The position numbers and the translations under genes are program-made. 64,000 bases of DNA from Acidimicrobiia bacterium (GTDB lineage: Bacteria > Actinomycetota > Acidimicrobiia > Spongiisociales > Spongiisociaceae), in assembly GCA_003229305.1 (NCBI GenBank), contig QIDH01000092.1, forward strand, positions 47,408 through 111,407, given 5' to 3'. The stretch's first letter is position 1; each line of letters begins with the position of its first letter. Below, in pieces: positions 54,550 through 64,000 of this stretch. The notes beneath the pieces were generated by a model, which did no database searches, was not told the origin of the DNA, and worked only from the letters and a program-made list of their open reading frames with translations.

Positions 54550-55407
54550 CTATCCCGTAGCAGCGATCGCCTGTTCAAGGGCACGGCCGACATAGACGCC
54601 GGCAAGGTGAGCTTTGTACTCTGCAGATCCGTACAGGTCTTCGAGTACAGTCACACCCTCCGTCGCCCTGGCTACCGCACCGGCGATCGCTTCTGCGCTG
54701 CCGTCCGTCCCAACAATCGCCTCAACGGAGCCGGCTGCGATTGTCGGTTTGGTACCGACCCCCGTGAGAGCCACCCCCGCCGAGCTGACCGTTCCGTCGG
54801 ACATCGTCACCGCCGCTGCGGCGCCGGCGACGGCGTAGTCGGTGTGGCCTCCCCTGCGTCCCAGCTTGTCGTAGGCAGACCCTGAACTCTTCGGGATCCG
54901 TACCTCGGTGAGGATCTCATTCGGCTCGAGAGCCGATGTGAGTGTGTCTACGAAGAAATCAGCCGCGGCGATATCTCGAGTCCCTCCCGAAGACGCAGCG
55001 ACCATGGTGGCGCCTAACGCCAACGCGGCGGCCGGTTGGTCGGCGGCGATGTCTGCGTGGGCCAGCGCCCCACAGGTTGTACCTCTCGCCCTCACCTGCC
55101 TGTCGCCCGTCCAGGCGGCGGCCGACGCCAAAGCGGCAGCGTGCTGTTGCACGAGCGGACTGGCGGCGGTGGTCTCATGGCGGACCAGCGCTCCAATCGC
55201 GATATGGTCGCCTCGATCCTCGATGCCATCCAAACCGCCGATCCTGGCGATGTCCACCACCAACTCAGGTGAGAACAGACGCAATTTCATCATTGGAATG
55301 AGGCTCATCCCCCCAGACATGACCTTTGCCCCTGGGTTCGAAGCCAGGGTGCCGAGCGCTTCGTCAAGGCTGGAGGGTGCAACGTACTCGAACTCTCTAG
55401 GAAACAT
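54550..55407 (-). CDS. molybdopterin dehydrogenase FAD-binding subunit (CoxM/CutM-like)
   Basis: Sequence FEYVAPSSLDEALGTLA...VMSGGMSLIPMMKLR is the FAD_binding_5 pattern. A CO_deh_flav_C-like C-terminus follows. Confidence 0.9.
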   Translation of the reverse strand: MFPREFEYVAPSSLDEALGTLASNPGAKVMSGGMSLIPMMKLRLFSPELVVDIARIGGLDGIEDRGDHIAIGALVRHETTAASPLVQQHAAALASAAAWTGDRQVRARGTTCGALAHADIAADQPAAALALGATMVAASSGGTRDIAAADFFVDTLTSALEPNEILTEVRIPKSSGSAYDKLGRRGGHTDYAVAGAAAAVTMSDGTVSSAGVALTGVGTKPTIAAGSVEAIVGTDGSAEAIAGAVARATEGVTVLEDLYGSAEYKAHLAGVYVGRALEQAIAATG

Positions 55408-55422
55408 TCTTGCTCCTCCTGT

Positions 55423-57800
<2,378 letters not shown>

Positions 57801-57804
<4 letters not shown>

Positions 57805-58301
57805 GCGTTTACCTCCCATTCGGCTGGGGCAGGCTCTTCGCCGCGCAGCTTTGCGCCTGCGTACTCGATCGCCTTGACGATGTTGTGATACCCGGTGCAA
57901 CGGCAGAGGTTGCCCTCGATGCCGAGCCGGATTTCGTCCTCACTCGGATCAGCGTTTTCGTCCAACAAGGTGACGGCCGACAGGATCATGCCAGGCGTGC
58001 AGAACCCGCACTGCAGTCCATGTCGCTCCCAGAAACCCTCTTGTACTGGATGCAAGTCGCCGTTCTCGGCCAAACCTTCGATGGTGGTGATCTCGGCGCC
58101 TTCGGCCTGAGCAGTCAGCATGGTGCAAGACTTGACCGCCTTGCCGTCGACAATCACCGTGCAAGCGCCGCAATAGGAAGTCTCGCACCCGACATGCGTG
58201 CCTGTGAGCCGCAAGTCCTCTCTTAGGTAGTGAACGAGCAGAGTCCGAGGATCGACATCCCCCGACACCGCTTGCCCGTTTACCGTCATGGACACCTGCA
58301 T
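57801..58301 (-). CDS. (2Fe-2S)-binding small subunit (CoxS-like)
   Basis: Sequences [18 protein letters not shown] and CRCTGY are the two [2Fe-2S] cysteine clusters. Confidence 0.9.
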
Positions 58302-58478
58302 ATGAGGATCCCCTTTCGTGAGGAAGTTGAGGCCAAGCTGGAACCTAGCCCCGACGACCGCCCTCTGGCGGAAGAACCTCAGATTTTGTTACAAAAACGC
58401 AGCTACAGCTACAGCTACAGACGGTTGTGCTGACCCAGGTGGGCGCGCACCTTCGATGTTGCGAAGAACAGGTGCCCG

Positions 58479-58529
58479 CCCCGACTGCGTCGGGGTTACA
58501 TCTCCTCCCAACCTCGACGCAGTCGAGGC
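58479..58529 (-). promoter_or_regulatory. cox leader element: hairpin + SD + ATG-TAA start-stop + second related hairpin
   Basis: On the minus strand the sequence reads GCCTCGACTGCGTCGAGGTTGGGAGGAG-ATG-TAA-CCCCGACGCAGTCGGGG. The first 31 nt are 30/31 identical to 17493..17523. The element lies about 195 nt upstream of the coxS-like ATG. Confidence 0.5.
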
Positions 58530-58727
58530 GCCGAGAGGACGAGGTGGTTGGATGCTCCTATAGATGTCCAGGGGTTTGTTGGGTGAGGAGTTTGTGGACG
58601 CGGGAGGTGGCGGCGAGTCGTTCTTCGCCGCCGGTGGGGGCGGTTCCCACCATGGGTACCCGCCCCGAGTCAAACCCACCAGCTCGAATACTTGCGCGGG
58701 TTGGGCGCCCCCCTCCGCCTGCCGCCT

Positions 58728-59948
58728 CTAGGCCTGATCTTGCCGCACGAGGAGGCCGACGGTTTCGATGTGGTAGGTCTGGGGGAAGAGATCGACCGGG
58801 GTGGCACGGGTCAGCCGGTATCCGGATTCGGCGAGAATGGCCACATCGCGGGCGAAGCTGGCCGGGTCGCATGAGATGTAGGCGATCGCGCGGGGCCGGG
58901 GACGGACAATGCCGGCGACCCCCACCTTGCCGAGGCCCGATCGGGGCGGATCGCAGATGGCCAAGGTCCAGGCTTCCGATGCATCCGCGTAGAGATCCTC
59001 GATCGGACCTTCGAAGACTGTCGCTTGATCGACGTTCTGGGCTGCGAGATTGTGCCTGAGATCGGAAACGGCATCTGCCGCAGACTCAACCGCTATCACC
59101 CGGCCGGCAGCCCTGCCGACCGTGGCGGAGAAAAGGCCGCCGCCCGCGTACGCGTCCAGAAGGATGTCTTCTGGACCCGGCTGGATCGCTTCCGACACCA
59201 GGGCGACCAGTTCGTCCGCACCTGGCGTGTTCACCTGGAAGAAAGCGGAGCCGCTGATCCTAAAACGCACGCCCGCGACAATCTCATGCAGATGGGACGA
59301 CCCGACAACGGTTCGAAGACGAGCGCCAGATCTCTGGACCACCGAACAGCCCCATCCATTGGCTTGGGTGGGAATCTTGCCTTCCAACACCACGAGCATT
59401 TCGCCGGTTCGCTGACCGTATCTGATCACAATCTTGCGGACGCCGGTGAGGTCCCCCAACCGCTCGAAGAGCTCCGAGAGTTGCGGCAAGAGGAGTAGAC
59501 ATGCATCGGTCGGCACAACCGCATGCGATTTTGCTCGTCGTTGACCTGGGCGTCCCCGCTCAACGTAGAACGACATGCGGTTCCGATATGCGAACGCCGG
59601 ACCAGGAGCAATCGTCTCTGCTACCGGTGGATCGTCCATCCGCCCGAGGTGCCTCAATTGCCCGAGAACGACGTCTGTCTTGTAGGTAAGTTGAGCCTCG
59701 TAGCCGGCGTGTTGCCATTGACAACCCCCGCAGGCGTTGAAAACAGGGCACGGTGGATCGACCCGGCTCGGAGACGCGTCGATCACGACGGCCAGCGACG
59801 CCCTGCCCCAAGACCCACGATCGTCGAGGTCGGTGATCTCAACCGTTTCACCTGGCAGGGCCCCGCCTATGAAGATCGCCTTGCCGTCGATTCGACCGAT
59901 GGCGTCTCCTCCATGGGCCATCGCATCGGTGTGAACCGGATTGCTCAC
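58728..59948 (-). CDS. TRAM-domain class I SAM-dependent RNA (uracil-5-)-methyltransferase (RumA/TrmA family)
   Basis: GTG start. Fe-S cysteines CPVFNACGGCQWQH. SAM fold with C-terminal YISCDPASFARD. Confidence 0.85.
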   Translation of the reverse strand: MSNPVHTDAMAHGGDAIGRIDGKAIFIGGALPGETVEITDLDDRGSWGRASLAVVIDASPSRVDPPCPVFNACGGCQWQHAGYEAQLTYKTDVVLGQLRHLGRMDDPPVAETIAPGPAFAYRNRMSFYVERGRPGQRRAKSHAVVPTDACLLLLPQLSELFERLGDLTGVRKIVIRYGQRTGEMLVVLEGKIPTQANGWGCSVVQRSGARLRTVVGSSHLHEIVAGVRFRISGSAFFQVNTPGADELVALVSEAIQPGPEDILLDAYAGGGLFSATVGRAAGRVIAVESAADAVSDLRHNLAAQNVDQATVFEGPIEDLYADASEAWTLAICDPPRSGLGKVGVAGIVRPRPRAIAYISCDPASFARDVAILAESGYRLTRATPVDLFPQTYHIETVGLLVRQDQA

Positions 59949-60418
59949 AGCTGCTCCAGCAGCGCCTCGGCCAATGAGCCCTGAACCCAGCTGAGGTAGT
60001 GCAGCAATGCCATCGGTGGGTCTATCTCTGACTCGTCCTCACCCCAACCTTCGGCTTTGATTCCGAGCCGGGCCGCCAACACCAGCCGGGCCTCGCCGAC
60101 CGCGAGTAGCCAGGCCTCGGCCTCGCCGGCAGAAAGAGTCACTTGGCCACTCTCTGCTGCCTCGAGCGAAACCGCGAATGCCGATCTGTCAGCGGCCCTG
60201 CCCTGTTCGACCTCGGAGCGCATCAAGCGCCTGAACTCGGCTGAGGCCTCCTCATCGTCTGTGTAGGCGTCGATGTCCAGGCGGGCCGCACCCGGATCGG
60301 TTCCGACTTGGCCCACTGACTCGAGGATCTCAGACACCAGCTCCAAAGCCTCGAACTCGCGGCGTTTGAGCCTGACGACCACCCCGCCATCACTGGCAGC
60401 CGAAAAACCAGCCCTCAT
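59945..60418 (-). CDS. DUF2017 domain-containing protein
   Basis: ATG at 60418 overlaps the clpS stop (ATGA). The protein is acidic (EASAEFRRLMRSEVEQGRAADRS...LHYLSWVQGSLAEALL). The gene sits immediately downstream of clpS. Confidence 0.65.
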   Translation of the reverse strand: MRAGFSAASDGGVVVRLKRREFEALELVSEILESVGQVGTDPGAARLDIDAYTDDEEASAEFRRLMRSEVEQGRAADRSAFAVSLEAAESGQVTLSAGEAEAWLLAVGEARLVLAARLGIKAEGWGEDESEIDPPMALLHYLSWVQGSLAEALLEQL

Positions 60419-60729
60419 GCCTCCTCCATTGTCGCCCACAGGCCGTGGCGATGAAGGCGAAAACATTCAAACTCAGCCTTTTCGAGAGGCTCGGTCGCGA
60501 CGATGGCCCTTCCGTTGTTGTGGACCTGGAGCATTAGCTCTGTGGCTTTCTCTTCGTTGTAGCCGAAAAGTTTGCGGAGGATGTAGACGACATACGTCAT
60601 GAGGTTGACGGGGTCGTTCCACACCACGACGTTCCATCCACGATCGGGGGTGAGATCCTCGTCAACGTCCGGAACCTCGACGGTCGACGGAAGAGCAAGT
60701 CGCAACAGTTGCTGTGGAGAACCTGACAT
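60415..60729 (-). CDS. clpS: ATP-dependent Clp protease adaptor ClpS
   Basis: ATG at 60729. Sequence NVVVWNDPVNLMTYVVYILRKLFGYNEEKATELMLQVHNNGRAIV is the ClpS core. Confidence 0.9.
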   Translation of the reverse strand: MSGSPQQLLRLALPSTVEVPDVDEDLTPDRGWNVVVWNDPVNLMTYVVYILRKLFGYNEEKATELMLQVHNNGRAIVATEPLEKAEFECFRLHRHGLWATMEEA

Positions 60730-60830
60730 ATTGCAAGAATAGGGAATCTCCTGCGCCACGGAAATAGTGTCCCCTGACTCCCGGACGGACCCCTTGAGTC
60801 GGGTTGAAGGCTCAGGCATGCTTGCAATCG

Positions 60831-61136
60831 ATGGCACGTGAACCTGCACCGCTGGCGACACTCGCGGAAGATCTCCACGAATTGGCCGACTCAGCGGACG
60901 CCGCCCACCGGGCCGCGACGGAAACAGCGATACGTTCTACCCGCTCGTTGAGGGACGAACTCAGGCGGTTGAGTGAAGATGGGTCGACGGTCGAGATCTG
61001 CTGCGCTGACGGATCCGATTTCGCCGGAACCGTCGAGGACGTCGCCCTGGATTATCTGGTGCTCGCAGAAGCGGGCGATACCAGATTGATCGCCCTATTC
61101 CATGTGGTGGCCGTGAACTGCACGGGGCGTATCTAG
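60831..61136 (+). CDS. hypothetical protein
   Basis: ATG at 60831 (MAREPAPLATLAEDLHELADS...). I recognise no family. The gene is convergent with pheA and overlaps it by 4 nt. Confidence 0.4.
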   Translation: MAREPAPLATLAEDLHELADSADAAHRAATETAIRSTRSLRDELRRLSEDGSTVEICCADGSDFAGTVEDVALDYLVLAEAGDTRLIALFHVVAVNCTGRI

Positions 61137-61945
61137 CGCGCCGAACGGTAAGTGCCGAGCACTCGGATATCGGTGACCGTGGCGGGCTGAGGATCCAATA
61201 CCGCCGATACGCCTTCCGGACCCGGGGCATGGAGGAAATCGACGAAGAACCGATATTGCCAGGCCTGGTCACTGGGGCGAGACTCGATGCGGGTCATATT
61301 GGCACCGCGCAAGCCGATCTCCGTGAGGCTCAGTGCGAGCGCACCCGGTGTGTGGGCGGTGAAGAACACGACGGAGGTCTTGTTCGCGTCGCCACTGATT
61401 TCATGTTCACCTGTTGCGAGCACAACGAAGCGGGTGGTGTTGTGATCACGATCCATGAAATTGCTCTGCAGCACGGTCAGCCCGTGCCGAGAAGCCGCCT
61501 CGGCAGAACCCAATGCTGCCTCGCTAACGTCGCCGCGCTCGGCCACCTGGCGGATTGCGCCGGCTGTGTCATGAGTGGGAACCGGCCGCCAGCCCCTCAT
61601 TTCGATCGAGTCCTGAGCCTGAGACAACGCCTCTGGATGAGAATGGACCGTCGCGATCGTCTCGAGCGAAGCGCCAGGGGCCGCCACCAAAGCGTGTCTC
61701 ACTTCAACCAGGTGTTCACCGACAATCAATGTCTCGGCGCTCTTGGCAAGGCGGTTGAGCACTGCCAACACGCTTCCGGTCGTGGAGTTCTCAATGGGTA
61801 GAACGAGTCGATCAAGGTCATCGTCGTGCAGCGCGTGAAAGGCCGCAGCGAAACTCGAGTACCCGATCGTTTCCGAATCAGGAAAAAGCTCGGAAGACGC
61901 CCGATGCGAATACGATCGCCCTTCTCCTTGGTACCCGATCCTCAT
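61133..61945 (-). CDS. pheA: prephenate dehydratase
   Basis: Sequences LPIENSTTGSV, NTTRFVVL and TRIESRPS show a PDT domain followed by an ACT domain. Confidence 0.9.
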   Translation of the reverse strand: MRIGYQGEGRSYSHRASSELFPDSETIGYSSFAAAFHALHDDDLDRLVLPIENSTTGSVLAVLNRLAKSAETLIVGEHLVEVRHALVAAPGASLETIATVHSHPEALSQAQDSIEMRGWRPVPTHDTAGAIRQVAERGDVSEAALGSAEAASRHGLTVLQSNFMDRDHNTTRFVVLATGEHEISGDANKTSVVFFTAHTPGALALSLTEIGLRGANMTRIESRPSDQAWQYRFFVDFLHAPGPEGVSAVLDPQPATVTDIRVLGTYRSAR

Positions 61946-62012
61946 GGATGGGCACAGTAGTGCTCCCGAGCCGCTCCCCTGGTTCTCGTGGTCTCATGCA
62001 ACACTTGACACC

Positions 62013-62480
62013 ATGACGCCGGATGAGCTCACGGACTACCTGCACGATGCCATTCCCCTCTCGGCGGCAATGGGAGCACGGGCGATCCGCATAGAGCCAG
62101 GCAGCGTCATCGTCGAGGCCCCATTAGGCCCGAACCTGAACCACAGAGGGACCGTGTTCGGGGGGTCGCTTTCAACTCTCGCGATCCTCGCCGGATTTTC
62201 GGTGGTTCTCCTTGGCCTTCGCTCTGCCGGCTATCAGCACAGGGTGGTAATCCATCGCAACGAGTACGACTACATCTTGCCGGCTGAGAGAACCTTCACG
62301 GCGACCGCCGGGCTCGATGACAAACGTTGGAGCCGGTTCGTAGAAACGGTGCAACGAAGAGACCGCGGCCGCATAACCATCGACGCGGACGTGTCGTGTG
62401 GTCCATTGACGGTTGGCCACCTGTCCGGCACCTTTGCAGCCCTCCAGCCACTACAGGACGAGGCATCCCCGCCGATGTAA
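62013..62480 (+). CDS. YiiD_C/PaaI-like thioesterase domain protein
   Basis: ATG at 62013. Sequence IPLSAAMGARAIRIEPGSVIVEAPLGPNLNHRGTVFGGSLSTLA is a hot-dog fold thioesterase pattern. Confidence 0.65.
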   Translation: MTPDELTDYLHDAIPLSAAMGARAIRIEPGSVIVEAPLGPNLNHRGTVFGGSLSTLAILAGFSVVLLGLRSAGYQHRVVIHRNEYDYILPAERTFTATAGLDDKRWSRFVETVQRRDRGRITIDADVSCGPLTVGHLSGTFAALQPLQDEASPPM

Positions 62481-62618
62481 ACGGGTCGACCGCGCGGTCG
62501 ACCCGCTGGTGGGTCAAACAACCCGCGACTGCCGTCGGCGCAACGGGCCGCCTAACCTCGCCGAGCAGGCCACCCGCTTGTGGCTGCCACACGAATCACC
62601 GATCAGAACCACACCACC

Positions 62619-64000
62619 ATGACTGCAATCAACCAAGCACCTTCGTGGGTCACAGACGCCATTTTCTATCAGATCTTTCCTGATCGGTTTGCCAGATCGA
62701 GCGGCGCACCCGATCAGCCGTATCTCGAGGCGTGGGATGCGCCACCGACCAACCGCGGATACAAGGGCGGCGACCTTTGGGGAGTGATCGAGCGGCTCGA
62801 CTGGATCGGCGAACTCGGGTGCAATGCGATCTACTTCAATCCGATATTCCAGTCGGCCTCGAATCATCGATACCACACCCATGACTACTTCAGGATCGAC
62901 CCGCTGTTGGGAGGCGACGAGGCGTTCGAGGCCCTGTTGACGGCCTGCCATGAACGTGGCATTCGGGTCGTGCTGGACGGCGTCTTCAACCACTCCAGTC
63001 GAGGATTCTTCCAATTCAACGACCTTCTCGAAACGGGCGAAGCGAGCCCGTGGCGGGATTGGTTCCACATCACCAGCTTCCCCGTTGAGGCCTACGGGCG
63101 AGATGATGAGGCGGCGACCTCCTACGCCGCGTGGTGGGGAATTCCGGCCCTGCCGAAGTTCAACACAGACAACTCGCAGGCACGCGAGTTCCTGATGACA
63201 GTCGGGGAATACTGGGCCGCCAAGGGGATCGACGGTTGGCGCCTCGACGTCCCGGAGGAAATCTCCACAGAGGGTTTCTGGGAAGAGTTTCGATCTCGGG
63301 TCAGGGCCAAGAACCCGGATGCCTATCTCGTCGGAGAGATCTGGGGCGACGCGAGTGGCTGGACGGTGCCTGGCACGCGATTTGACGGGACCATGAACTA
63401 CCTGCTCACCGGGGCCATGCTGTCTTTCGCCGGCGGCGACTCCGTCGACTGGGATCTCGCCGGAAAGCTCAACTATCCGCTGAGTTCGGTTGACGCGGAC
63501 GGGTTCGGTGAGGCTCTCCGACACCTCGACGCCCTCTATCCGCTCGAAACTCAGCTAGCCCATCTCAATCTGTTGGGGTCACACGACACTGCGAGGGTGC
63601 TCTCGATCCTCGGAGGCGACGTCAAGGCGCTGGAACTTGCTTCCTTGCTCCAGTTCACAATGCCTGGCGCTCCTTCGATCTACTACGGAGACGAAATTGG
63701 GCTACTCGGCGGACACGATCCCGGTTCGAGGGCGGGGTTTCCATGGGAGGCGGAAGCCACCTGGAATCACGCCCTCCTGGAAACGGTTCGCTCGCTGACC
63801 GCGCTTAGAAACAACCACCCGGTTCTGCGAGGCGGGACACTGCAAGTCGTGGCGACGGCCTCAAATCTTATGGTGTTCGAGCGTTCGCTCGGCGACACCC
63901 GGGTCCTGGTGGCTGTCAACACAGGCGAGCAAGCATCGAATGCAAGCCTCGACCGAGACGTGACGTCGTCAACCACGTTATGGGGTGGAGGAGGGATCAC
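62619..64000 (+). CDS. GH13 alpha-amylase family glycoside hydrolase (neopullulanase/alpha-glucosidase-like), partial; C-terminus off window
   Basis: The frame is not in the track because it runs off the right edge. ATG at 62619 (MTAINQAPSWVTDAIFYQIFPDRF). The four GH13 conserved regions are present: VLDGVFNH, GWRLDV, GEIW, LLGSHD. Confidence 0.9.
   Translation, partial: MTAINQAPSWVTDAIFYQIFPDRFARSSGAPDQPYLEAWDAPPTNRGYKGGDLWGVIERLDWIGELGCNAIYFNPIFQSASNHRYHTHDYFRIDPLLGGDEAFEALLTACHERGIRVVLDGVFNHSSRGFFQFNDLLETGEASPWRDWFHITSFPVEAYGRDDEAATSYAAWWGIPALPKFNTDNSQAREFLMTVGEYWAAKGIDGWRLDVPEEISTEGFWEEFRSRVRAKNPDAYLVGEIWGDASGWTVPGTRFDGTMNYLLTGAMLSFAGGDSVDWDLAGKLNYPLSSVDADGFGEALRHLDALYPLETQLAHLNLLGSHDTARVLSILGGDVKALELASLLQFTMPGAPSIYYGDEIGLLGGHDPGSRAGFPWEAEATWNHALLETVRSLTALRNNHPVLRGGTLQVVATASNLMVFERSLGDTRVLVAVNTGEQASNASLDRDVTSSTTLWGGGGI

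Noticed and set aside
58401-58420. Short tandem repeat (AGCTAC)x3, plus the AT-rich inverted repeat TTTTGT-T-ACAAAA (58385..58397), in the cox upstream region.
   Set aside because: The tandem repeat is too short and single-locus to be a CRISPR array or a meaningful satellite. I note it only as a possible regulator site or slippage-prone tract, with no further support.

Overview
High-GC, actinobacterial-type chromosomal segment, an inference from frequent GTG/TTG starts, 4-nt start/stop overlaps, lipoboxes, an HbhA-like protein and clpS-DUF2017 synteny. It is densely packed with about 70 protein-coding genes. I recognised no rRNA, tRNA, CRISPR array, transposase or integrase. Left to right the content is: (1) a cluster of hydrolases (amidohydrolases, creatininase, a cytosine-deaminase-like protein, an MBL-fold hydrolase) with a NitT/TauT-type ABC importer and an LLM monooxygenase; (2) a REP-like intergenic repeat, then a 3-gene cassette (nitroreductase, DUF1684, orphan PP-loop/QueC-like protein) bracketed by an imperfect direct repeat; (3) selD with an in-frame UGA (selenocysteine) and a downstream hairpin, which the ORF track splits; (4) a LacI-controlled locus with two identical GTGAACGTTCAC palindromes placed in or next to promoter-like sequences. 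This locus has a GDPD, a HAD::PLC-like fusion, two paralogous ScyD/ScyE-like beta-propeller lipoproteins, a MetE-C-terminal-like Zn enzyme and a CUT1 sugar-type ABC importer, and is my best candidate for an undescribed catabolic system; (5) housekeeping genes (greA, mgtE, nadE, tyrA, pheA, clpS, a REC-GGDEF-HD-GYP protein, an XRE/HbhA-like pair); (6) a form-II (AYRGAGR) CoxSLM-type molybdoenzyme cluster. Its maturation genes (MoxR/CoxD versus VWA/CoxE, XdhC x2, MocA) are separated by about 6.3 kb of patchy DNA carrying vapBC, a frameshifted GntR gene and a VOC gene remnant. A 31-nt hairpin+SD+ATG element is shared (30/31 nt) by the tal leader and the cox leader. All functional calls rest on motif recognition by eye, and no database search was run.
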